Part shown: positions 28,140 to 38,201 of the stretch, in pieces
Position numbering within the stretch: the stretch's first letter is position 1
How the letters are laid out: each line of letters begins with the position of its first letter
Assembly: GCA_018816245.1 (NCBI GenBank)
Contig: JAHIVW010000003.1
Location: 389,150 to 453,149 of the forward strand
Direction of reading: 5' to 3'
From: Nanobdellota archaeon
GTDB taxonomy: Archaea; Aenigmatarchaeota; Aenigmatarchaeia; QMZP01
Length of the DNA stretch: 64,000 nt
Position numbers and translations under genes: made by a program
The notes under the pieces: model-generated
Told to the model about the DNA's origin: nothing
The model's database searches: none
The model's input: only the letters and a program-made list of their open reading frames with translations

Positions 28140-28826
28140 TTATTCAGTCCAGTGCGGTACCTTCATGCAGACGGCGTTGACACCTGCAGTGAAACTTGTA
28201 CTAACGGTGGATTGAACAGTTATTTTACAACCATTGGGAAGGTTTGGATGACCACCCACATCAAAAGGATATCGTTGCACCTGCATAGTTTTCGGAGCAG
28301 GGTCACTTCCACTAGCTTTGCTGTATCCCCACTCGCACATAATTGCCATATAGTCTATTCCAGGACAGGCGGAATAGAATATCTGGGTGGTGTCAGGGGG
28401 AACGGTTCCTGCCTCTGAATACCCGCCCGGTGCAACACCGTCTACAATCTGAAACTCAGGACAGTCACTCCCTGAATCGCTCCCGAGACAGTAGTCCTGG
28501 CAGTTCGTTCCGTCTGATCGACACAATGACCCGCAGTTCGTTCCGGATCCCTGGCAAAAGGCACTGCTGTCAATGGAATCAAGAAGGTCGGCATTCAGAT
28601 TAGTAATCTTTCCCTTTCCAAGATCCACGGTTTGTGCGGTTGGTGTGGTGACCAAAATCGTGCTCAGTGCGCTCAAGGGTATGGGAAGGTCGCCAATCTG
28701 TGTCCATGAATGACCAGGATTCGGTGCAGCAGAAGATCCCATGCCGATGAAAATCCCGACGAAAAACACCGCGCCAACAATCGCTGCGATAAACACTGAG
28801 CTCCGCGCTTTCCCCCGACGCTGCAT
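28140..28826 (-). CDS. Small membrane-anchored Cys-rich extracellular protein with a PNPGHSW motif after the anchor
   Basis: MQRRGKARSS is followed by a TM helix, then APNPGHSW and NADLLDSIDSSAF. It is the first gene of a same-strand trio with the S8 protease and the 1060-aa protein. Confidence 0.6.
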   Translation of the reverse strand: MQRRGKARSSVFIAAIVGAVFFVGIFIGMGSSAAPNPGHSWTQIGDLPIPLSALSTILVTTPTAQTVDLGKGKITNLNADLLDSIDSSAFCQGSGTNCGSLCRSDGTNCQDYCLGSDSGSDCPEFQIVDGVAPGGYSEAGTVPPDTTQIFYSACPGIDYMAIMCEWGYSKASGSDPAPKTMQVQRYPFDVGGHPNLPNGCKITVQSTVSTSFTAGVNAVCMKVPHWTE

Positions 28827-28849
28827 ACTACAATTAAGGGGATCCTCCT

Positions 28850-30142
28850 TTAAAAGGCTGCCCGTTTCTTGAGTCCGGCGATGAGCGCGGTCAGCGGCAC
28901 CTTTGCCTGTTTTCCAGTCGTCATGTCCTTGAGGGTGAATTTCTTTGTTTTCTGTTCTTCTTCGCCGATCACCACGACGAACGGGATCTTCTGGCTGTTC
29001 GCAGAATGCAACTGTTTCTTGAGGTCGCGGCCGAGCAGATCAACGACCGTCGCAATCCCGTCGTTGCGAAGCGCTGCAGCGACCACGTCCACTTCCCGCG
29101 CAACAGCAGGATCGTTCCCAATGCCTGCGACAAGCACGGTTGCTCCTTGATCAAGTGTCGCAGGAAAGCGTTTCTCAGCGTCCATGATCTCATATAAGCG
29201 TTCAAATCCAAGCGAAATCCCGGTTGCTGGTGTGTCTTTGCCGCCGTACTGCTCGACCAGCTTGTCGTAGCGGCCGCCACCGGCAACTGAGCCGATGTTG
29301 TTCTTCGACGCAATGCTGATCTCGAAGATCGGGCCCGTGTAGTAGTCCAGACCACGAACAAGGGAGAAGTCAATGATCATCATTGGGGAAAGCTTCTTTG
29401 CTGCAGCAACCAGTTCCTTGAGTTCAAGAACGCCGTCGCCAGGGAGCTGCTTCTCGACCTTCTTCAGGAGCTGGTCCGGGCTTCCGGTGAGGCGAACAAC
29501 CGCAAAGAGCTCATCGATTTGCTGTTGCTTCAGTACTCCAGCAAGCTCCTCCCGGACTGCTGCTTCACCGATCTTCTCGAGCTTGTCCAGGGCCCGGAAG
29601 ACCGCGGGCGCGGTTGTGGCAGGGATGGTGAGTTTGTTCAGGAGATCGTTGAGGATCTTCCGGTTGTTCAGGCGAATGGAGAAGGCAGAGAAGCCGAGTG
29701 CCGTGAGCGCGTCCACAGCGAGGGCCAGGAGTTCTGCTTCTGCAGCCATCGTGGAAACTCCGAAGACATCGGCATCGCACTGGAGGAATTCCCGGAAGCG
29801 GCCGGCCTGGGGATTATCGTACCGGTAGACCGGCCCGATCTGGGCCCGGCGGAAGGGCTTGGGGAACTGGGGATTGGCTGCGATCACCCGCGCGGTGGGG
29901 ACCGTCAGATCAAAGCGGAGGCCGAGCTCGCGGTCTCCTTTGTCTTTGAAGGAATAGATCTCATCCTTGATCCCGTCGCCACTTGATTTTGCGGCGAGGA
30001 GTTCCCAGCTTTCGACGACCGGGGTTTCCAGCAACCCGTAACCGTAGCGCGCGAACACCGCGCGGATCTGGTCGAGCATCCACTGCCGCTTGCGTGCCTG
30101 GTCCGGGAGGAAGTCCCGCATGCCTTTGGGGGGTTGGAACAT
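28850..30142 (-). CDS. hisS: Histidyl-tRNA synthetase
   Basis: MFQPPKGMRDFLP, the class II motifs (RYDNPQAGRFREF, GGGRYD) and the C-terminal anticodon-binding domain are present. The length is 430 aa. Confidence 0.95.
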   Translation of the reverse strand: MFQPPKGMRDFLPDQARKRQWMLDQIRAVFARYGYGLLETPVVESWELLAAKSSGDGIKDEIYSFKDKGDRELGLRFDLTVPTARVIAANPQFPKPFRRAQIGPVYRYDNPQAGRFREFLQCDADVFGVSTMAAEAELLALAVDALTALGFSAFSIRLNNRKILNDLLNKLTIPATTAPAVFRALDKLEKIGEAAVREELAGVLKQQQIDELFAVVRLTGSPDQLLKKVEKQLPGDGVLELKELVAAAKKLSPMMIIDFSLVRGLDYYTGPIFEISIASKNNIGSVAGGGRYDKLVEQYGGKDTPATGISLGFERLYEIMDAEKRFPATLDQGATVLVAGIGNDPAVAREVDVVAAALRNDGIATVVDLLGRDLKKQLHSANSQKIPFVVVIGEEEQKTKKFTLKDMTTGKQAKVPLTALIAGLKKRAAF

Positions 30143-30175
30143 AGGGTTCTGTTGAGCAACAGAATTTATAACACC

Positions 30176-30799
30176 CTACCGGTTCCAGAAATGCTTGCGC
30201 CGCGCCAGCGTGTACACAATCCACATCCGCTGGAGCGCGCTGATGTTCGCCAGGATCGCCAAGACAATGATCGCGTAGGAGAGCACGAGCTTCCCGAAGA
30301 AGGCGGCTGCCAGGATCGCAACAAAGAGTACGATCATGCGGTCCGTATGTTCCAGAATCCCGCCCCGGATTTCGGTTTGGGTAATGTCCTTTTCCTTGGC
30401 CGCAGCCTTCGCGTACGTCGTCACGATCGCCCCGAACAGGAGCAGGAAGATCCACCCTTCCATGGGGGCATAGACCCGCGGCAGGCTCGCGAAGAGCAGG
30501 CCGAAGAGCACGGCCCCTTCGATGTAGCGGTCAACCATGGTGTCGAGGTACGCACCCAGTTTCGTGACCCGGCCGGTCACGCGCGCCACAGCGCCGTCCA
30601 CCACGTCGATGAACGCGGCGATCGCGAGGAAGACTGCCGCCTTGAGGAACTGCTCACTGATGAGATAGAAGAATGCGACCGCGATCGGAACAATGGAAAT
30701 CAGGGTCCACTGGTTTGGAGAGAGCCCGATACGCGCAAACAGGATGCCGACTTTCACCGAAAATTGTTTGAACCGGTCCCGGCTGCGGTAGAGGGTCAT
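30176..30799 (-). CDS. CDP-alcohol phosphatidyltransferase (archaetidylserine or archaetidylinositol-phosphate synthase type)
   Basis: DVVDGAVARVTGRVTKLGAYLDTMVDRY matches D-G-x2-A-R-x8-G-x3-D-x3-D. The protein is polytopic. Confidence 0.85.
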   Translation of the reverse strand: MTLYRSRDRFKQFSVKVGILFARIGLSPNQWTLISIVPIAVAFFYLISEQFLKAAVFLAIAAFIDVVDGAVARVTGRVTKLGAYLDTMVDRYIEGAVLFGLLFASLPRVYAPMEGWIFLLLFGAIVTTYAKAAAKEKDITQTEIRGGILEHTDRMIVLFVAILAAAFFGKLVLSYAIIVLAILANISALQRMWIVYTLARRKHFWNR

Positions 30800-30804
30800 A
30801 GGAA

Positions 30805-33726
30805 TTATGTAGTGTGCATCTTTTTGAGGATTGCCTTAATAGTGCCTTCTGGGAGCTTCAACAGCCCCTGCGGATCAGGAATGGGGGCAAAGGTCACGAC
30901 AGCAGCGCCGACTTTCTGCTTGAGCTCCTCTGTTTTGGTGCGGAGCAGGTCAGGAGCACTGAGGGTAAGCTCGATCCTATCTCCAACCTGAAGGTCCTGC
31001 TTCTTCCGAAGATCCTGCACAAAACGGACAACTTCGCGGAAGAGCGCCTCATCTTTGAGGACGTCGCCCAGCTGCAAGGAACCGAACACACAGCCGGTTC
31101 CTTTACCAACGGTGACGTCAACTGTGCGGACATTCCCGAGCAGCGAGATGACGGCCGAGGTTGCTTCAATCGAGAGTTTTGTTTTGTCGTCAGTGGTAAT
31201 AGCAACATGGGAGAGGGGATGTCGGAGTTTGATGTTCTGTTCCTGGCGTTTCGCGATAATGGCGTCCACGACCTGTTTCGCAATCGCCATCTGGGCTTCG
31301 AGGGCAGTATCAGGTGCTTTGTCATCTGGCCACGGTTGCGTATGAACCGATCCTTTCCCGAAGAGGTCTTGCCAGAGTTTTTCTGCAAGGAACGGGGTGA
31401 TCGGCGCAAGCAATCGCAAGACCGTACTGAGGGTGTCGTATAATACCATGGACGCAGCAGCACGAGATGCAGGTGTGCTGGCCGGAGCAACACGGTCCCG
31501 GACCGCCTTGATGTACCAGCGGGACAGGTCGTTCAACACAAAATCGATCAGGGTGCGGCCTGCGATGTGGAACGCAAAGGTGTCAAGCGCTTCAGTGACC
31601 GTGGTGATCACGCTGTTGCGTCGTGACTGGAGCCAGCAGTCTTCAATTGCTGTCAGGGTTGCGTGCGCATCCTGCTGCGCATACGTTTTCGTAAACTCCG
31701 CAACGTTCCAGAGAATGTTCAGCGTGCGGCCGACATCTTTTGCATTGCGTTCTGAGAACTTCTGCGTGTCCCACGGGGCAATGTCAGAACAATAATATAG
31801 TCTGAGGACGTCTGAACCGAGTCGTTTGTGCGCGTCCGCTGCCCAAGTCACATTCCCGAGACTCTTGGACATCTTCTGGCCGTTCTCGTCGAGCATCCAG
31901 CCGTTCAGGCACACGGTTTCGTACGGGCGTTTGCCGAACGTGGCAACGCCACACAGCATGAGGGTGTAGAACCAGCCGCGGATCTGGTCCTGACTTTCGT
32001 CGATTAAGTCAACAGGAAAGAACCGTTCGAAGAGTGCTTTGTTTTCAAAGGGGTAGTGGAGCGATGCCCACGGGGAAATGCCGGAATCAAACCAGACGTC
32101 AAGGATGTCAGAAACGCGTTTCATTTCGCCACCACAATCGCAGCGGAGCATGATTGTGTCAACAACATGCTTGTGCAAGTCATCAATCTTGGTTTGGGTT
32201 GTTGCTCGTTCCTGGAGTTCATGCTTGCTGCCAACAACCGTGCGGCGGTCGCAGGCAGTGCATTCCCAAATCGGCATGGGGATACCCCAGTATCGTTGCC
32301 GGGTAATGGCCCAGTCCGGCGCGTCAGCAAGCAGATTCAGGAACCGGTCACGGGAGAATGGCGGGAGCCAGTTTGTTTTTTCTGCTTCTGCGCGAACTGT
32401 GTCGCGAATGGTGTCCATCTTCAGGAACCACTGCCGGCTCATGCGGTAGAGCAACGGTGTTTTGCATCGCCAGCACAGTGGGTACGGGTGTGAAATGGTC
32501 CCAAGGTGGAAAAGGTTGCCAGTGTGATCAAGAACTTCAAGGATTGCGTCATTGGCGTGTTTCACTGACATGCCAGCAAATGGTCCTGCCTCACTGGTCA
32601 TTTTTCCTTGTTCGTCGACCGGGGATGGTGTTGGTAAGTTGTAGTACGTCCCAAGCCTGTTGTCCTCAAGCCCGTGGCCAGGAGCAATGTGCACGAGACC
32701 GGTCCCGGTTTCCATGTCAACAATGTGGCCAAACGATTCCTTCTCTGTGCTGGTTTTCTTGATCGCGGTTTTCGAGGCAACGCGTTTCTTGAGCAGTGGG
32801 ATGGAAAGAACAATCCGGTGGGCATGGTCCTGCGTGTCAAGCTCCTGTTGCAGCGGCACGTCAAGGAGTGGTTCGTAGCGGAGGCCGTCAAGCAGCTTTC
32901 CCGGGAAGGTTTCCAGGATCTTTGGTTTGTCTTCCAAAACAGCAAGACGTTTTTGCGCAAGAATATACACGCGGTCGCCGACCTGCGCACGCACGTACGG
33001 TTCGTCAGGGTGGACCGCGATCACCACGTTTGCCGGCAAGGTCCAGGGTGTGGTGGTCCAGACGAGGAGATACTCGTGTTCTTTTCCTTTCACTGCAAAC
33101 CGGAGGAACACTGATGGATCTTCAATGGTCTTGTAGGAATCAGAAACTTCGTAGCCAGCGAGCACGGTTTCGCAGTGGGAACACCAGAACCCGGGCTTGA
33201 CGCCTTCGATCAACAACCCTTTCTCGTACCACTGTTTCACCGCCCACCAACCGCTTTCAAGGTACTGATTATCACTTGTTAAGTAGGGAGCAAGCCACCC
33301 GCGCCAGGCACCAAGCTGCTTGTACAACGTGAGCCACGCTTCCTGGTTCCCGCTTGCAAAGTCGTTGCACGCGGCAATGAACTTGTCAACACCCAGTTTC
33401 TCGATGTCCTGTTTTGACGTGAGCTTGAGTTTTTTCTCAACTTTGTTTTCAATGGGCAAGCCGCCGCAGTCAAACCCGGGCTGAAACCAGACCGCATGAC
33501 CCTGCATGTACTTGAACTTCCCCCAGATGTCCTTCAAGGTCGTTGTCTTGATGTGACCCACGTGCGGTTTGTCGTTCACGTACGGCGGGCCGTCGAGTAA
33601 GTAGTACTTTGGTTTCTTCGGGTCGACCGTCACGATTGTTTCAGGGATCTTGTGTTTGTCCCAGAACTGGGTGATCTCGTTTTCTACCTTGGCTGGATCG
33701 TACACGCCCATAAGACCATTCCCCAT
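30805..33726 (-). CDS. ileS: Isoleucyl-tRNA synthetase
   Basis: GPPYVNDKPHVGH is the HIGH region. KMSKSLGN and DWAITRQRYWGIPMPIW are present. The length is 973 aa. Confidence 0.93.
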   Translation of the reverse strand: MGNGLMGVYDPAKVENEITQFWDKHKIPETIVTVDPKKPKYYLLDGPPYVNDKPHVGHIKTTTLKDIWGKFKYMQGHAVWFQPGFDCGGLPIENKVEKKLKLTSKQDIEKLGVDKFIAACNDFASGNQEAWLTLYKQLGAWRGWLAPYLTSDNQYLESGWWAVKQWYEKGLLIEGVKPGFWCSHCETVLAGYEVSDSYKTIEDPSVFLRFAVKGKEHEYLLVWTTTPWTLPANVVIAVHPDEPYVRAQVGDRVYILAQKRLAVLEDKPKILETFPGKLLDGLRYEPLLDVPLQQELDTQDHAHRIVLSIPLLKKRVASKTAIKKTSTEKESFGHIVDMETGTGLVHIAPGHGLEDNRLGTYYNLPTPSPVDEQGKMTSEAGPFAGMSVKHANDAILEVLDHTGNLFHLGTISHPYPLCWRCKTPLLYRMSRQWFLKMDTIRDTVRAEAEKTNWLPPFSRDRFLNLLADAPDWAITRQRYWGIPMPIWECTACDRRTVVGSKHELQERATTQTKIDDLHKHVVDTIMLRCDCGGEMKRVSDILDVWFDSGISPWASLHYPFENKALFERFFPVDLIDESQDQIRGWFYTLMLCGVATFGKRPYETVCLNGWMLDENGQKMSKSLGNVTWAADAHKRLGSDVLRLYYCSDIAPWDTQKFSERNAKDVGRTLNILWNVAEFTKTYAQQDAHATLTAIEDCWLQSRRNSVITTVTEALDTFAFHIAGRTLIDFVLNDLSRWYIKAVRDRVAPASTPASRAAASMVLYDTLSTVLRLLAPITPFLAEKLWQDLFGKGSVHTQPWPDDKAPDTALEAQMAIAKQVVDAIIAKRQEQNIKLRHPLSHVAITTDDKTKLSIEATSAVISLLGNVRTVDVTVGKGTGCVFGSLQLGDVLKDEALFREVVRFVQDLRKKQDLQVGDRIELTLSAPDLLRTKTEELKQKVGAAVVTFAPIPDPQGLLKLPEGTIKAILKKMHTT

Positions 33727-33782
33727 ATCAGGAGGAATGCCGAGACTAAGATGGCGAGATTAATAAAGGTGTCAAGCGCCTG

Positions 33783-34703
33783 TCACGACGGGCAGTCGTC
33801 GGGACAGAACGGGGCTTCCAGGAACGAGAGCGTGACTTCGCTCTGGGCAGGGTTCGTGGCTGAGTAGTCGATTGCGCTCGCCCGGACGGTCAGGCCGTTG
33901 ATGATGGTCGCTGCGTTCAGAGCGACAACTTCCCCAACGCCATTGACGTCAACGTGGGTATCGTTTTCGCTGATCTCAGTCACCGTGACAAGATAGGTCG
34001 TGCTGTTCGCCGTGACGCTGGCGAGGCCGCCGGTCTTCAGTTCTGCGACCGGGGAGCCGCAGCTGCCGTCGCAGGCGATCGTGAAGAGCTGGGGACAGTC
34101 AAGGTTGCATGTCTGCGCAGTCTCCGCGAAGCGGAGCACGGCCGAGTTCATGGTCTGGTTCGTGCCGTGATAGTCAATGCTCACCAGGGTGACGGGAACG
34201 CTCCCGATCTTCTTGGTCAGGCCGACGGTGATGTACTGTGTGTCGGCGCCGATCTTCAGCGTGATCTGGTTCGCGCTCGAGGCCGAGATGACCTTGACGA
34301 CGTACGTCCCCGAGCCGAACTGGATGGGTTTCTCCTGGCCGACCGCGAACGTGGGTTCGATCGAACTGCAGACTGCATCTCCACAGAGCACGGCGGTTTC
34401 GTTGGCAGGCGGCTCAGGTTCTGGTTCGAGTGGCACGCAGCCGTTGTCCGCAGTGCCGTCGCAATCCTCGTCCAGGCCGTTCCCGCAGATTTCCGTCGTC
34501 GGGGTGCTGGTGCCAATGCAGATACCCCAAGAGTCGTCTACGCAAGTTCGGATGCCTGGCTTACACAGTCCGAGGCCGGCGCTGCAGGCCTGCTGCTCGC
34601 CGTTGGCGCAGTCCGGGGTGTGCTTTGGTTCAGTCGGGGGTTCGGCAGTGCACCCAGAGACCACCAGAACCAAAGCAAGAAGCAGGATAATGAAAAATTT
34701 CAT
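33783..34703 (-). CDS. Secreted putative lipoprotein with one MopE-type Cys-rich repeat
   Basis: MKFFIILLLALVLVVSGC is a signal peptide with a lipobox-like motif. CGNGLDEDCDGTADNGC is present, followed by a beta-rich C-terminal region. Confidence 0.6.
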   Translation of the reverse strand: MKFFIILLLALVLVVSGCTAEPPTEPKHTPDCANGEQQACSAGLGLCKPGIRTCVDDSWGICIGTSTPTTEICGNGLDEDCDGTADNGCVPLEPEPEPPANETAVLCGDAVCSSIEPTFAVGQEKPIQFGSGTYVVKVISASSANQITLKIGADTQYITVGLTKKIGSVPVTLVSIDYHGTNQTMNSAVLRFAETAQTCNLDCPQLFTIACDGSCGSPVAELKTGGLASVTANSTTYLVTVTEISENDTHVDVNGVGEVVALNAATIINGLTVRASAIDYSATNPAQSEVTLSFLEAPFCPDDCPS

Positions 34704-34738
34704 CCAAAATATATTGGGCGGTTGTTGATATAAAAAGG

Positions 34739-35854
34739 TCAGCTGGGCTTCCGGAACGTCCTCAGGGTGCGCTGGCCGTTCGTTGCCGGTTTCCTGGAAT
34801 CCGGGATTGCGTGCTCGAGTCCGGACACGCGGACGCCGATGCGACGGACCTGGAAATCAGGGCGCTCAGCAAGAAACGTTTTCAGCAGTGCTGTCACGGT
34901 GTCTTGTATTGCTTTCTTTGCTGTCGTTGGTTCGGTGAGCGAGTGACTGCGACTGATCTGTTCCATTTTGTTTGACATGACAATAAGGGAAACGGTTTGG
35001 AACGTTATTTTCTGTGCGGAAACCGTGTCGTGAACAAGTGTGCTCAGTGAGGCGACTGTTTCTGCAAGTGAATTGAAAGATGACGTGTCTTTTTTCATTG
35101 TGGTGAGACGCGACACTTGCTGCTTTTGGCGGCCCGGCTGAACAGGACGATCGTCTTTGCCGCGGGCACCGTTGTACAGCATGCTGCCTTTTGCCGAACC
35201 AACGAGTTTCTGAAGGTGTGCGAGGCTCATGGTTTTGAGCTGTTTGACTGATCTCATGTTAAGACTAGCAAGCAGTCCTTCGGTTTTCGGGCCAACACCA
35301 TAGAGTTTTCCTACAGAAAGCGGTTTCAGAAAAGAGGGCACGGCATCTTCAGGAACAGTAACAAGCCCGTTTGGTTTTTTTACACCTGCTGCAATCTTTG
35401 CAACGAGTTTGTTTGGTCCGATACCGATTGAACAGGTGAGTTTTTCTTTTTGGAGGATTTCAGATTTCATTTTCTTTGCAAGGCGTTCTGCGGCTGTGAA
35501 ACTATTCGTTTGCGAGAGATCGAGATAGGCTTCGTCAATACTGACCTGTTCAAAGAGATCTGAATATGTTTGCAGAATATCCATGACGCGGGCTGAGACT
35601 TTCCAATAATAGTCTCGATCTGCTGGCAGGAAGACTGCATTTTTTGCTTTTCGTTTGGCGTAAATGATTGGCATTCCCGATCGGACGCCAAGTTTGCGCG
35701 CTTCGTAATTCGCCGTTGCGACCGCACCGGAACCTTTGCCACGGGCAGAATACATACACACGATGACTGCTTTCCCTTTGAGTTTCGGGTTGCGGAGCTC
35801 CTCCACCTGGGCATAAAAGGCATCCAGGTCCACAAGGGCGACGATTCGTTTCAT
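34739..35854 (-). CDS. dinB: Y-family DNA polymerase IV (Dpo4/DinB)
   Basis: IVALVDLDAFYAQVE, SIDEAYLDL and the SIGIGPNKLVAKIA motifs are present. Confidence 0.9.
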   Translation of the reverse strand: MKRIVALVDLDAFYAQVEELRNPKLKGKAVIVCMYSARGKGSGAVATANYEARKLGVRSGMPIIYAKRKAKNAVFLPADRDYYWKVSARVMDILQTYSDLFEQVSIDEAYLDLSQTNSFTAAERLAKKMKSEILQKEKLTCSIGIGPNKLVAKIAAGVKKPNGLVTVPEDAVPSFLKPLSVGKLYGVGPKTEGLLASLNMRSVKQLKTMSLAHLQKLVGSAKGSMLYNGARGKDDRPVQPGRQKQQVSRLTTMKKDTSSFNSLAETVASLSTLVHDTVSAQKITFQTVSLIVMSNKMEQISRSHSLTEPTTAKKAIQDTVTALLKTFLAERPDFQVRRIGVRVSGLEHAIPDSRKPATNGQRTLRTFRKPS

Positions 35855-35889
35855 GGAGTGATTTTATATTTAGAGTATAAAGAAAGCCC

Positions 35890-36852
35890 ATGCTCTGCCT
35901 CGGCATTGAAGCAACAGCGCATACCTTCGGGGTCGGGATCGCTGCAGCTGACGGGCGGATGCTTGCGAATGTCAAGAAGACGTATCTTCCGAAGATCGGT
36001 TCAGGGCTCGTTCCGCGGGAGGCCCGGGATCATCACCGGCGTGTTGCAGACGGGCTCATTGCTGACGCACTTGCTGCAGCAGATTGTACAATGGAAGATA
36101 TTGATGTGCTTTCATTTTCGCAGGGACCGGGGTTGCCACCATGTTTGCATGTTGGCAAGGATGTTGTGACGCGGCTTGCGAAGCAGTACAAGAAATCGAT
36201 TGTCCCTGTGAATCACTGCATTGCACATATTGAGATTGGCAGACAACAAACCGGGCTGGGCGACCCAATGACCGTATATGTGTCAGGAGCAAACACCCAG
36301 GTGATCGGGTTCGCCAATGGCCGGTATCGCGTGTTTGGAGAGACCCAGGACATTGGCATCGGCAATGCGCTTGATAAACTTGGGAGAACCCTTGGGCTGC
36401 CGTTTCCTGCTGGTCCGGAGATCGAGAACCTCGCGAAAAAAGGATCGTGGACCACACTTCCCTATTCGGTGAAAGGTATGGACCTTGCATTTTCCGGTAT
36501 CCTCACTGCTGCGGAAAAGAAACAAGGATCAAAAGAAAACGTCTGTTTCTCATTCCAGGAAACGACTTTCGCCATGGTGACCGAAGTGACCGAGCGTGCA
36601 GTTGCGCATACAGGAAAGGAAGCAGTCCTCTTGACAGGTGGCGTTGCCGCAAACAAGCGGCTGCAGAAGATGCTTCAAACGATGTGTACGGAACGGGGAG
36701 CGAGATTCGCTGTTGTTCCGGCACCGTACGCCATGGACAACGGTGCCATGATTGCCTGGACTGGATTGATCATGCACAAAAAAACGAAACCAGGAACCCT
36801 CACGATCCTCCCGCGGCAGCGAACCGATGATGTTCCGGTCACCTGGCGCTAA
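35890..36852 (+). CDS. kae1: tRNA N6-adenosine threonylcarbamoyltransferase Kae1 (not fused to Bud32)
   Basis: LGIEATAHTFGVGI, the VNHCIAHIE metal-binding His pair and the GGVAANKRL motif are present. The length is 320 aa. Confidence 0.93.
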   Translation: MLCLGIEATAHTFGVGIAAADGRMLANVKKTYLPKIGSGLVPREARDHHRRVADGLIADALAAADCTMEDIDVLSFSQGPGLPPCLHVGKDVVTRLAKQYKKSIVPVNHCIAHIEIGRQQTGLGDPMTVYVSGANTQVIGFANGRYRVFGETQDIGIGNALDKLGRTLGLPFPAGPEIENLAKKGSWTTLPYSVKGMDLAFSGILTAAEKKQGSKENVCFSFQETTFAMVTEVTERAVAHTGKEAVLLTGGVAANKRLQKMLQTMCTERGARFAVVPAPYAMDNGAMIAWTGLIMHKKTKPGTLTILPRQRTDDVPVTWR

Positions 36853-37292
36853 CGGCGTCGTTTTCGTGGTGTTCGTCGCGTGGCTGTTCTCTTTTTCAGT
36901 GGCCGTCGTGCTTTCGTGCGCACAGGTTTCTTCCGTGTTTTCTTCCGCGCTTTCTTTGCTGCAACACTGAGCTTTCGTGGTGTTCGTCGTGTCACTGGTG
37001 GTTTCGCAACAATGTGTTCACGGTACTGGTCGGGAAGGCGCTGTGAATGGATTCGTCGTGCTGTGCGAACGTCATGCATTGCGCCGGCGATGATGAGCAG
37101 CCCGTAGAGGATTGCCCAGATTGCGACGAACAAGGCAATGGAAAAGATCGCGGCAACAACCGATCGGCCAATGAACGAGAAGTAGGTGATGTAGACGAAC
37201 GAAAAGAGCACGGCAGCAAGTGCAAGTGCCATAACGCCAAGGATCACGAGCCCGTCAGTGCGAAGGAAATAACCTCTCGCCATAGTGCGCAT
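36849..37292 (-). CDS. Hypothetical membrane protein with a strongly basic C-terminal tail
   Basis: Three predicted TM helices are followed by an R/K-rich tail of about 45 aa (RRTPRKLSVAAKKARKKTRKKPVRTKARRPLKKR...). Confidence 0.5.
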   Translation of the reverse strand: MRTMARGYFLRTDGLVILGVMALALAAVLFSFVYITYFSFIGRSVVAAIFSIALFVAIWAILYGLLIIAGAMHDVRTARRIHSQRLPDQYREHIVAKPPVTRRTPRKLSVAAKKARKKTRKKPVRTKARRPLKKRTATRRTPRKRRR

Positions 37293-37348
37293 TAGTTGGT
37301 CCCCTGCCTTAAAAGCACGTTTTTTAATCTCCGGATAACAGGACAGTC

Positions 37349-38176
37349 ATGAAGCTCCGGTTTGGGACAGCAGGATTGCCGATTGTAACAGAACCGCGCA
37401 ATACTGAGAATGGGATTGCAACTGTTCGAACGCTTGGCCTTGATGCCTTGGAACTTGAATTTGTTCATAGTGTCAACATTCGTCCAGAAAAGGCCAAAGA
37501 ACTCAAAAAAATTGCAAATCAACACGACATTGTTTTGACCTGCCATGCCCCCTACTACATCAATCTCAATGCAAAGGAAGCGGAAAAACGAAACGCAAGT
37601 TTGCAGCGGTTATTGAATTCGTGCCGTATTCTTTCTTTGGCCGGCGGCTGGTCATGTGTTGTGCATGCGGCATATCTGCTTGGCGAACCTGAAGAAAAGG
37701 TGACACAAAAACTCATTCCCATTTTCAAGAAGATCGTGGCAACGCTTCGGAATGAAGGGCATGACGTCTGGGTACGTCCGGAGTTTGCCGGGAAGCTTGC
37801 CCAATGGGCAAGCTTGGAAGGATTGGTTACTGTCAGTGAGGCGGTTGACGGGATGTTGCCATGCATTGACTTTGCGCATGCGCATGCATACACGAATGGG
37901 AAATATAATCATGCAGCAGAAATTCGGGAACTGTTAACAACACTTGAAAAACGGCTTGGGCGCACCTGTCTGAACAACATGCATATTCATATTGCAGGGA
38001 TTGCCTATGGCCCGAAAGGGGAGCGGAACCATCTGAATCTGGCTGATGCAGATCTGAAGTACAAGGAAATCCTGAAGGTCTGGAAGGAGTTCAAGCTCGG
38101 TGGGGTTGTCATTTGCGAATCACCGAACATTGAAAAGGACGCCCTGAAACTGCAGAAACAGTACCAGCAGCAATAA
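37349..38176 (+). CDS. nfo: AP endonuclease family 2 (endonuclease IV-like, TIM barrel)
   Basis: GLDALELEF, the CHAPYYINL metal-ligand pattern and FAHAHA are present. The length is 275 aa. Confidence 0.8.
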   Translation: MKLRFGTAGLPIVTEPRNTENGIATVRTLGLDALELEFVHSVNIRPEKAKELKKIANQHDIVLTCHAPYYINLNAKEAEKRNASLQRLLNSCRILSLAGGWSCVVHAAYLLGEPEEKVTQKLIPIFKKIVATLRNEGHDVWVRPEFAGKLAQWASLEGLVTVSEAVDGMLPCIDFAHAHAYTNGKYNHAAEIRELLTTLEKRLGRTCLNNMHIHIAGIAYGPKGERNHLNLADADLKYKEILKVWKEFKLGGVVICESPNIEKDALKLQKQYQQQ

Positions 38177-38201
38177 AAGGATTGAAACAGAAAGGAGTTC
38201 T

